Positions 15,663-23,555 of a stretch of DNA of 24,000 nt are shown one piece after another (position 1 is the stretch's first letter; every line of letters starts with the position of its first letter). Under the pieces are notes generated by a model. The model was given only the letters and a program-made list of their open reading frames with translations, was not told the origin of the DNA and searched no databases. Source of the stretch: Mollicutes bacterium SLUWU-24. GTDB lineage: Bacteria; Bacillota_I; Bacilli_A; UBA3375. The stretch spans positions 86,260 through 110,259 of the forward strand of contig JBLYTW010000002.1 in assembly GCA_049070185.1 (NCBI GenBank), given 5' to 3'. A program made the position numbers and the translations under genes.

Positions 15663-15962
15663 TTACTCCATTTCAAAATTTGTTTGGGCAAATGTATTAA
15701 ACATTTCTTCTACTACTTGCCATGATTCTTCATCACTTTCTGGAATTTCAATTAAATTACCAATTGTTCCATCTTCAAGTTCTTCATATTTATACGCTAA
15801 GACATTATATTCATCTTCTAGTGATTCAACTTCATCAAATTCATTAACTAAAGTAAGTAATACATAGTTTTCTCCACGATCTTCAAACGTGAAGATAACT
15901 TCCGCTAAGCTTTCATTATTTTCTTCATCTAATATTGTGATATATTTATCATTATTTTCCAT
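15663..15962 (-). CDS. DUF1292 (YrzB-like) acidic protein
   Basis: It shows ITILDEENNE...FTFEDRGENYVLL...YKYEELEDG. Its position after ruvX matches Bacillus yrrK-yrzB. Confidence 0.75.
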   Translation of the reverse strand: MENNDKYITILDEENNESLAEVIFTFEDRGENYVLLTLVNEFDEVESLEDEYNVLAYKYEELEDGTIGNLIEIPESDEESWQVVEEMFNTFAQTNFEME

Positions 15963-15971
15963 GATTTCTCC

Positions 15972-16379
15972 TTAATTGTAGTCTAAATAATCCTGTAATA
16001 TGATTCGGGCCGCAACCGCATCTGAATACAGTTTAATTTCTTCTTCACTCTTCTTTTGTTCACGCATTAATTCTTCTGCTCTTTTTGTCGAATATGTTTC
16101 ATCTACATGCCTAATTGGTAAATTTAAATTTTCTAACTCTTTACTAAATGCTTCCACAACCTGAGCTTGACCATTTTTTTGACCATCTAAACTAAAGGGC
16201 ATTCCTAAAACAATTAACTCAACATGATTTTTTTTACATATTTGAGCAATTTCATTTATTACATCTGGGGTTTCTTTTTGCCAAATAACAACATGTTCAC
16301 GCGCAATGATTTTTAAAGGATCGCTTAACGCAATCCCAATTTTACTTGTACCATAATCAATTCCTAAATATCTATTCAT
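15972..16379 (-). CDS. ruvX: YqgF/RuvX putative pre-16S rRNA nuclease (Holliday-junction-resolvase-like)
   Basis: The N-terminus LGIDYGTSKIGIALSD and the C-terminal DETYSTKRAEE match the family. Confidence 0.9.
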   Translation of the reverse strand: MNRYLGIDYGTSKIGIALSDPLKIIAREHVVIWQKETPDVINEIAQICKKNHVELIVLGMPFSLDGQKNGQAQVVEAFSKELENLNLPIRHVDETYSTKRAEELMREQKKSEEEIKLYSDAVAARIILQDYLDYN

Positions 16380-16620
16380 TTAAAAAATTATTTAACATTT
16401 CCTTAATTAAATCATTACGATCAATCGACTTAATGATTGTACGTGCATTATTGTGACGTGGAATGTATGATGGATCTCCCGACACAATATAACCAACAAT
16501 TTGCTTTTCATAATTGTAGTTATTATCTTCTAATGTTTCTTTAACATACAGTAATACTTCTTTTGTTGTCATATTTTGGTGAATTTGTTCTAAATTAATA
16601 GTTCGACTTTTTGTATCCAT
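16372..16620 (-). CDS. IreB/UPF0297 (YrzL-like) regulatory phosphoprotein family
   Basis: It contains VGYIVSGDPSYIPRHNNAR, the family hallmark. Gene order yrzL-yrrK-yrzB is conserved. Confidence 0.8.
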   Translation of the reverse strand: MDTKSRTINLEQIHQNMTTKEVLLYVKETLEDNNYNYEKQIVGYIVSGDPSYIPRHNNARTIIKSIDRNDLIKEMLNNFLNE

Positions 16621-16641
16621 CTTTTCTCCTTTTTAGTAAGC

Positions 16642-16800
16642 TTAAAATTTTTCTTTAATTTCGCAAATACTTTCTTCATATAAAGTTTTTGCTTCTTTTT
16701 TTAAATCTCTTCGTAATTCTTTTCCATTTTTGGGCATATTAAGTGCCGTAATAATTCCGACAGTAATACCACCAAAAGCGATTCCCCTTAAAAAATCCAT
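16642..16800 (-). CDS. YtxH-like small membrane protein (52 aa)
   Basis: The translation is MDFLRGIAFGGITVGIITALNMPKNGKELRRDLKKEAKTLYEESICEIKEKF. It shows a G-rich helix followed by P-K-x-G-K-E-x-R, as in YtxH proteins. It is not listed in the supplied ORF track. Confidence 0.6.
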   Translation of the reverse strand: MDFLRGIAFGGITVGIITALNMPKNGKELRRDLKKEAKTLYEESICEIKEKF

Positions 16801-16807
16801 ATTACTC

Positions 16808-17101
16808 CTAACTTTTAACAATTTTTTTTAATTTTTGGCGATATTTTTCATATCCACTTTCTTCTTCTCTTTCAAATTTATCATCTGACTGTAAACCATC
16901 AATTAAATCAACTAGTTCTTGATTTATTACTTCACTTGTTGTATCTTCTGAATCTAATTTTTCAATTTCTTCAGTATCAGAACTAGAAACTGCCTGTTCT
17001 AATTCAATTTCACTGGCAGTTTCTAATTCTATTGTGTTTTCTGGTTGTTCTTTTGTCTCAGTTGTAATCTTGTTTTTATCTTTTTGTCCCCAAAACCACA
17101 T
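16808..17101 (-). CDS. Hypothetical highly acidic protein (97 aa)
   Basis: AAGGAG lies 4 nt upstream of the ATG. The protein is rich in E, D, S and T and has a short basic tail. I recognise no family. Confidence 0.5.
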   Translation of the reverse strand: MWFWGQKDKNKITTETKEQPENTIELETASEIELEQAVSSSDTEEIEKLDSEDTTSEVINQELVDLIDGLQSDDKFEREEESGYEKYRQKLKKIVKS

Positions 17102-17139
17102 AGCACTCCTTATAAATTTATTATATCAAATTTTATTAT

Positions 17140-19215
17140 TTATTTCGTTTTCTTTGTGGATTTTTTTGTTGTTTTTGCTTTTGTTTTTTTCGTCTTTGCT
17201 TTTTTCGCTTTTGCTTCTGCTTTTTCTTCTTCACGAATTACTGCAATTTTTGTTTTAAAATCTGGATCTTCTTGGTCCGCTTTTACTTTATCAAGTTCCC
17301 ATTCAGCATACTTACATTTAGGGAAATTATTACATCCATAAAATACTTTATTTCGCTTTGTTTTCTTTTCAACGACCTGCCCTGTATCACATTCGGGACA
17401 AGTTCCATGAACTTTATCCTCATCTTGTTTGATGTATCGACATTTAGGGAAATTACTACACGCAACAAAATCTCCGTATCTACCTTTACGTATTACTAAA
17501 TCACTTTGACATTCGGGACAAAGTTCTCCAGTTTTTTCCGCCTCAATCTTTTCCATATGTTCTTCAGCGTAGATTAATAAATCTTCTAATTTATGGTAAA
17601 AATTATCAATAACTTCTAATTGTTCTTTTTGGGCTTCGGCGATTAAATCTAAATCACTTTCCATAAGTGATGTGTACTCAACGTTAACCAAATCCCCAAA
17701 ATATTCAATTAAACGATTTACAACTAATTCACCTGATTCAGTTGGAACAAATCGACGCTCATTTACTTCAACATAATTTCTTGTTTTTAATGTTTCAATA
17801 ATTGAAGAATAAGTTGATGGACGACCTACTCCATTTTCTTCAAGAGTTTTAATTAATCTTGCTTCTGTATATCTTGGTTTTGGTTGAGTAAAGTGTTGTG
17901 TCTTTTTATATTCATCAATTTTTACTTCTTGATTTAAAATATAATCAAATTCATTATTTAAATCCGTAATCTCTTGATCAATAAATAATTTACGATACCC
18001 ATCAAATAATACTTTTGTATTACTTGCTTTAAATTCTACACCATTTTCACTTGTAAATAGATACTTATCCGTCTGCAATTGTGCTGGTGCCATAATTGCA
18101 CTTATCGTTCGCTTCCAGATTAATTCGTATAAACGAAATTGATCTGGTTCTAAAAATGGTTTAACTTTATTAGGTGTCAATGTTAAATTTGTTGGTCGAA
18201 TTGCTTCGTGGGCGTCTTGAACATTTTCCTTTTTAGTTTTGATTCCATATTTACCTACATAATCCTTACCAAATTCTTCCGTAATATATTTTTGAGTATC
18301 TTTTACAAAATCATTTGATAAACGAATTGAATCAGTACGCATATACGTAATTAAACCTTGATGTTTTCCCTCGATTTCAATTCCTTCATATAATTTTTGA
18401 GCCGTCATCATTGTTCGCTTTGAGCTAAAATTTAAACGATTGATTGCCGTTTGTTGTAAAGTAGATGTTGTAAATGCTACTTTAGGTTGTTGTTTTTTCT
18501 TAGTTGTTTTAATGTCCGAAACAATTAAATTTGCACAATCATTAACCAAATCATATAACTTAGTAATTTCTTCTTTACTAACTTTTTTATCATTTTTAAC
18601 ATAAGCAAGTTCTTTTTCACCACTAATTGCAAATAGTTTCCAATACTCTTCGGGAACAAATTCACGAATTTCTACTTCTCTCTCAACAATCATTCTTAGA
18701 GCAACACTTTGAACACGACCTGCACTTTTTGCTTTGATTTTCTTTTGCAATAGTTTCGATAATTTAAATCCCATAATTCGATCAATCATTCTTCTTGTTT
18801 CTTGCGAATGAACTAAATCCATATCTAATGTACTTACTTCACTTAATCCTCTTTGGACACCATTTTTGGTTATCTCTAAAAAGGCAATTCGATTATTTTC
18901 ATTTAAATCTAAACCAATTTCATCAGCTAAGTGCCATCCAATAGCTTCCCCCTCACGGTCGGGATCGGTTGCAATATATACTTTATCAGCTTTCTTTGCT
19001 AATTTAACGATTTCATTAATTACTTTTTTCTTACCTCTAATCGCTTTATATTCTGGTTGATAATTATTTTCAACATCAATTCCAAGACCACCTGGACCTG
19101 TCGTTGCTAAGTCACGAATATGCCCTACACTACTTACAACTTTATAATCTTTTCCTAAATAACCTTCAATTGTTTTCGCTTTTGAAGGTGACTCGACAAT
19201 TACTAAATTATACAT
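17140..19215 (-). CDS. topA: DNA topoisomerase I (type IA)
   Basis: TOPRIM N-terminus LVIVESPSKAKTI. The active-site region is GLITYMRTDS. Two C4 zinc ribbons are present (CPECQS...CSNFPKC and CPECDT...CNNFPKC). The tail is Lys-rich. Confidence 0.95.
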   Translation of the reverse strand: MYNLVIVESPSKAKTIEGYLGKDYKVVSSVGHIRDLATTGPGGLGIDVENNYQPEYKAIRGKKKVINEIVKLAKKADKVYIATDPDREGEAIGWHLADEIGLDLNENNRIAFLEITKNGVQRGLSEVSTLDMDLVHSQETRRMIDRIMGFKLSKLLQKKIKAKSAGRVQSVALRMIVEREVEIREFVPEEYWKLFAISGEKELAYVKNDKKVSKEEITKLYDLVNDCANLIVSDIKTTKKKQQPKVAFTTSTLQQTAINRLNFSSKRTMMTAQKLYEGIEIEGKHQGLITYMRTDSIRLSNDFVKDTQKYITEEFGKDYVGKYGIKTKKENVQDAHEAIRPTNLTLTPNKVKPFLEPDQFRLYELIWKRTISAIMAPAQLQTDKYLFTSENGVEFKASNTKVLFDGYRKLFIDQEITDLNNEFDYILNQEVKIDEYKKTQHFTQPKPRYTEARLIKTLEENGVGRPSTYSSIIETLKTRNYVEVNERRFVPTESGELVVNRLIEYFGDLVNVEYTSLMESDLDLIAEAQKEQLEVIDNFYHKLEDLLIYAEEHMEKIEAEKTGELCPECQSDLVIRKGRYGDFVACSNFPKCRYIKQDEDKVHGTCPECDTGQVVEKKTKRNKVFYGCNNFPKCKYAEWELDKVKADQEDPDFKTKIAVIREEEKAEAKAKKAKTKKTKAKTTKKSTKKTK

Positions 19216-19264
19216 CTTACCTCATTTCAAATTTATTGTATCATTTATTATATAATAATTATTA

Positions 19265-19762
19265 TTAAATTTCAAGTTCATCATACAACATATTTGCACC
19301 TTCTGCAATTAACAAGTTACTTCCACTACTTTTTTCACTATCAATTTGCCCTGGAACAACATAAATTTCAATGTTTCTTCCTAGTAGATTATCAATCATC
19401 ATTAATAAACGACTACTACGTGCAAGTTCAATTACTGTTAATTTATCAACTAAATGTTCAAATAATTGTATATATAAATTATTTTCGGCATTATCAACTT
19501 GAATAATTAGCATTTTATTTTTCATCCCTTCCGGTATTATCCGTGTTTTCTTTGTAATTATAATTAATTGTTGCTGATTACTAATGGCTGTATCAATCCC
19601 TAATTTAGCAATACCAATTTCATCATGAAATAATAAGACTTTTTTTTGTTTTCTTACAAATTCCACTGTAACTTTATTTGCATATTCACTTGGATATAAA
19701 CTTCCACATATTCCAACTTTAACACAATTAAGCAATTCGAGATTCCCATAATATTTAAACAT
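19265..19762 (-). CDS. DprA/Smf-like protein, short and divergent (Rossmann-like core only)
   Basis: VGICGSLYPSEY, GIAKLGIDTA and VVPGQIDSEKSSGSNLLIAEGANML align by eye to DprA motifs (vGsR, SGlA.GID..aH, avPG.i....s.G.n.LI..GA). Synteny with topA is conserved. The protein is 165 aa, against my recollection of typical full-length DprA at nearly 300 aa. Confidence 0.6.
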   Translation of the reverse strand: MFKYYGNLELLNCVKVGICGSLYPSEYANKVTVEFVRKQKKVLLFHDEIGIAKLGIDTAISNQQQLIIITKKTRIIPEGMKNKMLIIQVDNAENNLYIQLFEHLVDKLTVIELARSSRLLMMIDNLLGRNIEIYVVPGQIDSEKSSGSNLLIAEGANMLYDELEI

Positions 19763-19870
19763 CTTACTCCTTTAATTAATATTATGGAATCTCGCTTTTT
19801 TTTATTATTATTTTATTTTTATTAACTTACACCACAGATTTTTGACTTTACTTATTTTCTATATTAAAAA

Positions 19871-19892
19871 ATAACTAAATTAATTTAGTTAT
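19871..19892 (-). terminator. AT-rich hairpin terminator after rnhB
   Basis: The hairpin is ATAACTAAAT-TA-ATTTAGTTAT. It begins 3 nt after the stop and is followed on the minus strand by TTTTTT. Confidence 0.5.
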
Positions 19893-19895
19893 CTT

Positions 19896-20537
19896 TTAAT
19901 TATTATTTTCATTTTCAATCATTTTCTTGACTGGATTAAAACTTTTTCGATGTAATCCTTCCACATAGCCATACAACTCTAAACCATCTAAGTGTTTTCG
20001 CGTACCGTACCCGACATTATTTTCTAAGTCATATCCCGGATATTTTTCGGCTAATTTAATCATCTTTTGATCGCGATAATCTTTAGCAATTATACTCGCA
20101 GCGGCAATTGCGTTAATATTGGCATCACCTTTAGTAATTGCTTCATTTTTAATCCTTATCGGTACTGGTTCATAATCCGACAATACGTAATCTACATCAA
20201 GGTCAATTTTATATATTGCTCGATTCATTGCTTTTAAAATTGCTTGTCGAATTCCATGTTTATCAATCATTTTAACCGACACTTCAACAATTGCGTATCC
20301 TTTAGCTTTTTGTTTAATTTCCTTAGCTAATATTGGCATTTGCTTTTTTGAAATTTTCTTTGAATCATTTAATCCATAAATTGGTTCATCTAATACAACA
20401 GCTGCCACTACAACTGGACCTGCTAAAGGACCGCGTCCAACTTCATCAACACCAGCAATATTTATATAACCTTGTTCTTTTAACTCGTCTTCCCGAATTT
20501 GCATTCGTTGATAACGTTGTTCGTTAGTTTCTTTCAT
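19896..20537 (-). CDS. rnhB: Ribonuclease HII
   Basis: It contains GVDEVGRGPLAGPVVVAAV and ASIIAKDYRD. Confidence 0.93.
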   Translation of the reverse strand: MKETNEQRYQRMQIREDELKEQGYINIAGVDEVGRGPLAGPVVVAAVVLDEPIYGLNDSKKISKKQMPILAKEIKQKAKGYAIVEVSVKMIDKHGIRQAILKAMNRAIYKIDLDVDYVLSDYEPVPIRIKNEAITKGDANINAIAAASIIAKDYRDQKMIKLAEKYPGYDLENNVGYGTRKHLDGLELYGYVEGLHRKSFNPVKKMIENENNN

Positions 20538-21375
20538 CTAAAATTATTTTTCCAAATTTTTGACGACGGAAATCATTAATTAATGTGATACTAACGCGGT
20601 CATAATCATATTCATTTCCTTTTAATAATGCACCGATACTTTTAGCAATACCATTATATAATTGTTCAACATCATATTCAATATCTTCTGGTAAATTATA
20701 TCGTTCTTGTAATTGATTAAAGTAATCAAAGTACAATTTTTCTAATAAAAATACAGCAACATCATCAATATGAACAACTTCATCTTTGATAAGTTGACAT
20801 AATACTAAACGATAACCATCAGTTACATCTTCAATTTTAGGTACTAAAATCCCCGGCGTATCTAATAATTCGATTGTATCGCCAACCCCAATCCATTGTT
20901 GTGCTTTTGTTACTCCTGGTTTATTTCCAACTGTTACTTTATTTTTTTGGGCAAGTAAATTGATTAATGTACTCTTACCGACATTTGGCATTCCCATTAT
21001 TAAAACACGAACGGTTTTATTTATTCCTTTTCTCGCAAATTTTTCTCTAATTGCTTTACTTTCAATATCAATTGCTTTAAGTACTTTGTCACGCTCTTTT
21101 TGTGCTTTGAAATTGGCACTAACTACGTGATATCCGCGATTTTCATAATCATTAATGAAATATTGCAATTGATTATGGTCAACATAATCTTTTTTCGACA
21201 TTACAACAATTTTTGCTTTATTTTTTGTTAATTCTTCTAACATCTCATTATGAGATGCCAGTGGACAACGACTATCAACAATTTCAACAACTAAATCAAT
21301 GTTTTTTAATTGCGCAATTATTTCTTTTTTCGCCTTAAACATATGTCCTGGATACCATTGAACTGTTTTTTGCAT
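20524..21375 (-). CDS. rbgA: Ribosome biogenesis GTPase A (YlqF/RbgA)
   Basis: The N-terminus reads QWYPGHMFKAKKEI. The GTPase motifs are circularly permuted (MSKKD...GMPNVGKST...DTPG). Confidence 0.92.
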   Translation of the reverse strand: MQKTVQWYPGHMFKAKKEIIAQLKNIDLVVEIVDSRCPLASHNEMLEELTKNKAKIVVMSKKDYVDHNQLQYFINDYENRGYHVVSANFKAQKERDKVLKAIDIESKAIREKFARKGINKTVRVLIMGMPNVGKSTLINLLAQKNKVTVGNKPGVTKAQQWIGVGDTIELLDTPGILVPKIEDVTDGYRLVLCQLIKDEVVHIDDVAVFLLEKLYFDYFNQLQERYNLPEDIEYDVEQLYNGIAKSIGALLKGNEYDYDRVSITLINDFRRQKFGKIILDERN

Positions 21376-21405
21376 ATTTCTCCTTTTATATTTTTCTTAA
21401 AAAAA

Positions 21406-21423
21406 AGAGTCTAATAAGACTCT
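21406..21423 (-). terminator. Rho-independent terminator after rplS
   Basis: The hairpin is AGAGTCT-AATA-AGACTCT. On the minus strand it is followed by eight T residues (A-run 21399..21406 on the plus strand). Confidence 0.7.
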
Positions 21424-21433
21424 AATCTTCGAA

Positions 21434-21781
21434 TTATCTTCTTTCTTTAATACGAGCACTCTTACCGCTTCTCTCACGTAAGTAGTATAATTTAGCACGA
21501 CGTACTTTACCACGACGAGTAACTTCAATGTTAGCAACATTTGGTGAATGTAAAGGGAAAATTCTTTCTACTCCTACACCACTAGCCATTTTTCTAACTG
21601 TGAATGTTTCAGCGATTCCTCCACCATTACGAGCGATTACAACACCCTCGAATTTTTGGATTCTTGATTTTTCACCTTCTACGATTTTCACGTCAACAAC
21701 TACAGTATCCCCAACTCTAAACTCAGTAACTTCTGGTTTAATTTGAGCAGCAGTAATTGATTCAATTAATTGATTTCTCAT
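21434..21781 (-). CDS. rplS: 50S ribosomal protein L19
   Basis: It shows [30 protein letters not shown]...RRAKLYYLR, which is canonical for L19. Confidence 0.95.
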   Translation of the reverse strand: MRNQLIESITAAQIKPEVTEFRVGDTVVVDVKIVEGEKSRIQKFEGVVIARNGGGIAETFTVRKMASGVGVERIFPLHSPNVANIEVTRRGKVRRAKLYYLRERSGKSARIKERR

Positions 21782-21857
21782 TTGCTTTCTCCTTATTTAA
21801 AGTATCTTCTTATAAATAAATAATTATCTACAGCGGAACACACTAATTTACCATTGT

Positions 21858-21886
21858 ATTATAACATAAAAATAAGCATTGTACAA
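21858..21886 (-). promoter_or_regulatory. Sigma-A promoter for rplS
   Basis: On the minus strand: TTGTAC (21886..21881), a 17-nt spacer, then TGT-TATAAT (hexamer 21863..21858). This leaves a leader of about 70 nt before the RBS. Confidence 0.6.
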
Positions 21887-21931
21887 TTTTTTCTCCTCTT
21901 AAATTAAATTATTTCTATTTTAAATTAAATA

Positions 21932-21940
21932 TGTTATAAT
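21932..21940 (+). promoter_or_regulatory. Extended -10 element (TGTTATAAT) for the only plus-strand gene
   Basis: TGnTATAAT lies 26 nt upstream of the ATG at 21967, which has an AAGGAGGG RBS. I see no convincing -35 hexamer. Confidence 0.45.
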
Positions 21941-21966
21941 TTATTTTTATGTGAAAAGGAGGGAAA

Positions 21967-22284
21967 ATGGAAAATTCAAAATTTACTGGAGGTATTTTAG
22001 GATTAATTGGTGTTAATATTTTAACTTTTATTATTACCTTTTTTACTTTCGGAATCGCAACACCATGGGCAGTTGTAATTCGTCAAAAATGGATTATCAA
22101 TAATACAATTATTGAAGGTAAACAATTGTATTTTGATGGTACAGGACTTCAATTATTTGGTTCTTGGATTAAATGGTTATTCTTTATTATAATTACTTTA
22201 GGTATTTATAGTTTTTGGGTAGTAATCAAATTACAAGACTGGAAAACAAAACATACTCACTTTGTTGAGAATAATAATTATTAA
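21967..22284 (+). CDS. Small two-to-three-helix membrane protein, DUF898/YjgN-like repeat unit
   Basis: The segments FTGGILGLIGVNILTFIITFFTFGIATPWAVVIRQKW and LYFDGTGLQLFG...IIITLGIYSFWVVIKLQDW fit the F.G...TlGiy.pWa pattern. It has a strong RBS and its own terminator. Confidence 0.5.
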   Translation: MENSKFTGGILGLIGVNILTFIITFFTFGIATPWAVVIRQKWIINNTIIEGKQLYFDGTGLQLFGSWIKWLFFIIITLGIYSFWVVIKLQDWKTKHTHFVENNNY

Positions 22285-22287
22285 AAA

Positions 22288-22316
22288 AATAACCTTGCGA
22301 TTAACGTAAGGTTATT
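22288..22316. terminator. Bidirectional terminator between the convergent DUF898-like gene and lepB
   Basis: The hairpin is AATAACCTTGCG-ATTAA-CGTAAGGTTATT, a 12-bp stem with one G-U pair. An A-run precedes it (22283..22289) and a T-run follows it (22315..22322). Confidence 0.7.
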
Positions 22317-22323
22317 TTTTTAT

Positions 22324-22833
22324 TTATTCTCGAAACCGAACAATTCTTCCGTATATATCATCTGCTTTTACAGGACCATGCATACGTGAATCATAACTAT
22401 CATTGATGTTATCTCCTTGAACAAAATACTCATCAGCTTTTAATGTATATTCTTGGTCTTCTAATCTAATTGTTGCTTTACTTTTAAATTCGTCATTAAT
22501 ATACAAACTATTATCTTTAATTGTTACTTGATCTCCTGGAAGTCCTAAAACGCGTTTAATATGTAATACATAATTATAATTACTTTCTTGATTATAAACA
22601 TCTTCAAAGTACTCATCTTCTGTATCCCCATAATTAAAAGCTATTATATCGTTATAATTAAAATTATTTGCTCGACGATTAATTACTACATAATTTCCAT
22701 CTTGATAAGTTGGTTGCATACTGACACCATCAACAACACCAACTTTAACAAAAAAGGAAATAAACAAATAAATAATTAAGGCAATTAAAAATGTTTTTAA
22801 GAATTCTTTAATTACTTGTAAAGTTTTCTTCAC
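22324..22833 (-). CDS. lepB: Signal peptidase I (S26 family)
   Basis: It has an N-terminal TM helix, the catalytic-Ser box DGVSMQPTY, the Lys box HIKRVLGLPGD, and GDNINDSYDSR. The GTG start overlaps the trmD TGA (GTGA). Confidence 0.88.
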   Translation of the reverse strand: MKKTLQVIKEFLKTFLIALIIYLFISFFVKVGVVDGVSMQPTYQDGNYVVINRRANNFNYNDIIAFNYGDTEDEYFEDVYNQESNYNYVLHIKRVLGLPGDQVTIKDNSLYINDEFKSKATIRLEDQEYTLKADEYFVQGDNINDSYDSRMHGPVKADDIYGRIVRFRE

Positions 22834-23555
22834 TTTTGCTCCTTTAATGTTGCTAAGTATTTTTTATCTTCTTCACTTAATTCTACATCATCTAATAATT
22901 CTGGACGATTATAATATGTTGCTTTTAATTTTTCTTCACGTTTAAATTGTTCAATTAATTTATGATTACCGTTTAACAATACTGCTGGAACGTCCATTCC
23001 TTCATAACTTGCTGGACGAGTATATTGAGGATGTTCAAGTAATCCATCAGAAAATGAATCTTGTTCAAATGAAACATTATTATTTAATACCCCAGGTAAT
23101 AAACGAATCACTCCATCAAGAATCGTTTGAATTGCTAATTCTCCTCCAGTAATTATAAAATCACCAAGCGAAATTTCTTCATCAACGTAATTATCAATAA
23201 CCCGTTGGTCAACCCCTTCATAACGACCAGCAATTAAAGTTATTTCTGATAATTCTTTTAATTGTTCTAACTTATTTTGAGTTAAAACTGGTCCTTTAGG
23301 CGATGGAAAGATTACGTGTGAGTCAACTAATTCATTTGCTTTTAAAGCACTAATGATTGGTTGTGCCATCAGTAACATTCCTTCACCACCACCGAATGGA
23401 TAATCATCAACTTTTTTATGTTTATTTGTTGTATATTCACGAAAATCAATAACATTAATTTCAACAATATCACGTTCAAGTGCTTTTGCAATCATTCCCG
23501 TATTTTTCCAACCAGTAAACATTTCTGGAAAGATTGTTAATATATTTATTTTCAT
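22830..23555 (-). CDS. trmD: tRNA (guanine37-N1)-methyltransferase
   Basis: It contains MKINILTIFPEMF, GRYEGVDQRV and ISLGDFIITGGELA. Confidence 0.95.
   Translation of the reverse strand: MKINILTIFPEMFTGWKNTGMIAKALERDIVEINVIDFREYTTNKHKKVDDYPFGGGEGMLLMAQPIISALKANELVDSHVIFPSPKGPVLTQNKLEQLKELSEITLIAGRYEGVDQRVIDNYVDEEISLGDFIITGGELAIQTILDGVIRLLPGVLNNNVSFEQDSFSDGLLEHPQYTRPASYEGMDVPAVLLNGNHKLIEQFKREEKLKATYYNRPELLDDVELSEEDKKYLATLKEQK

Noticed and set aside
17140-17260. A T/G-rich low-complexity stretch that generates long plus-strand ORFs.
   Set aside because: It encodes the Lys/Ala/Thr-rich basic tail of topoisomerase I on the minus strand. It is not an independent repeat element or gene.
21782-21857. 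A possible L19 autoregulatory leader RNA upstream of rplS.
   Set aside because: There is a leader of about 70 nt with a weak AU-only stem (TTATTTATAAG/CTTTAAATAA) next to the SD. I cannot match it from memory to the known L19-leader consensus, and the pairing is too weak to call.
2337-22779. All plus-strand ORFs in the supplied track other than 21967..22284 (2337..2561, 9134..9322, 10016..10228, 10929..11120, 11008..11196, 11976..12209, 12502..12729, 17034..17258, 17045..17341, 17272..17499, 18866..19060, 19294..19506, 20333..20527, 21528..21746, 22588..22779).
   Set aside because: Each lies entirely antisense to a well-supported, motif-bearing minus-strand gene. Their products are low-complexity, rich in Phe, Leu, Ile, Ser and Asn, as expected from reading AT-rich coding DNA backwards. 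None has a visible RBS. I treat them as shadow ORFs.
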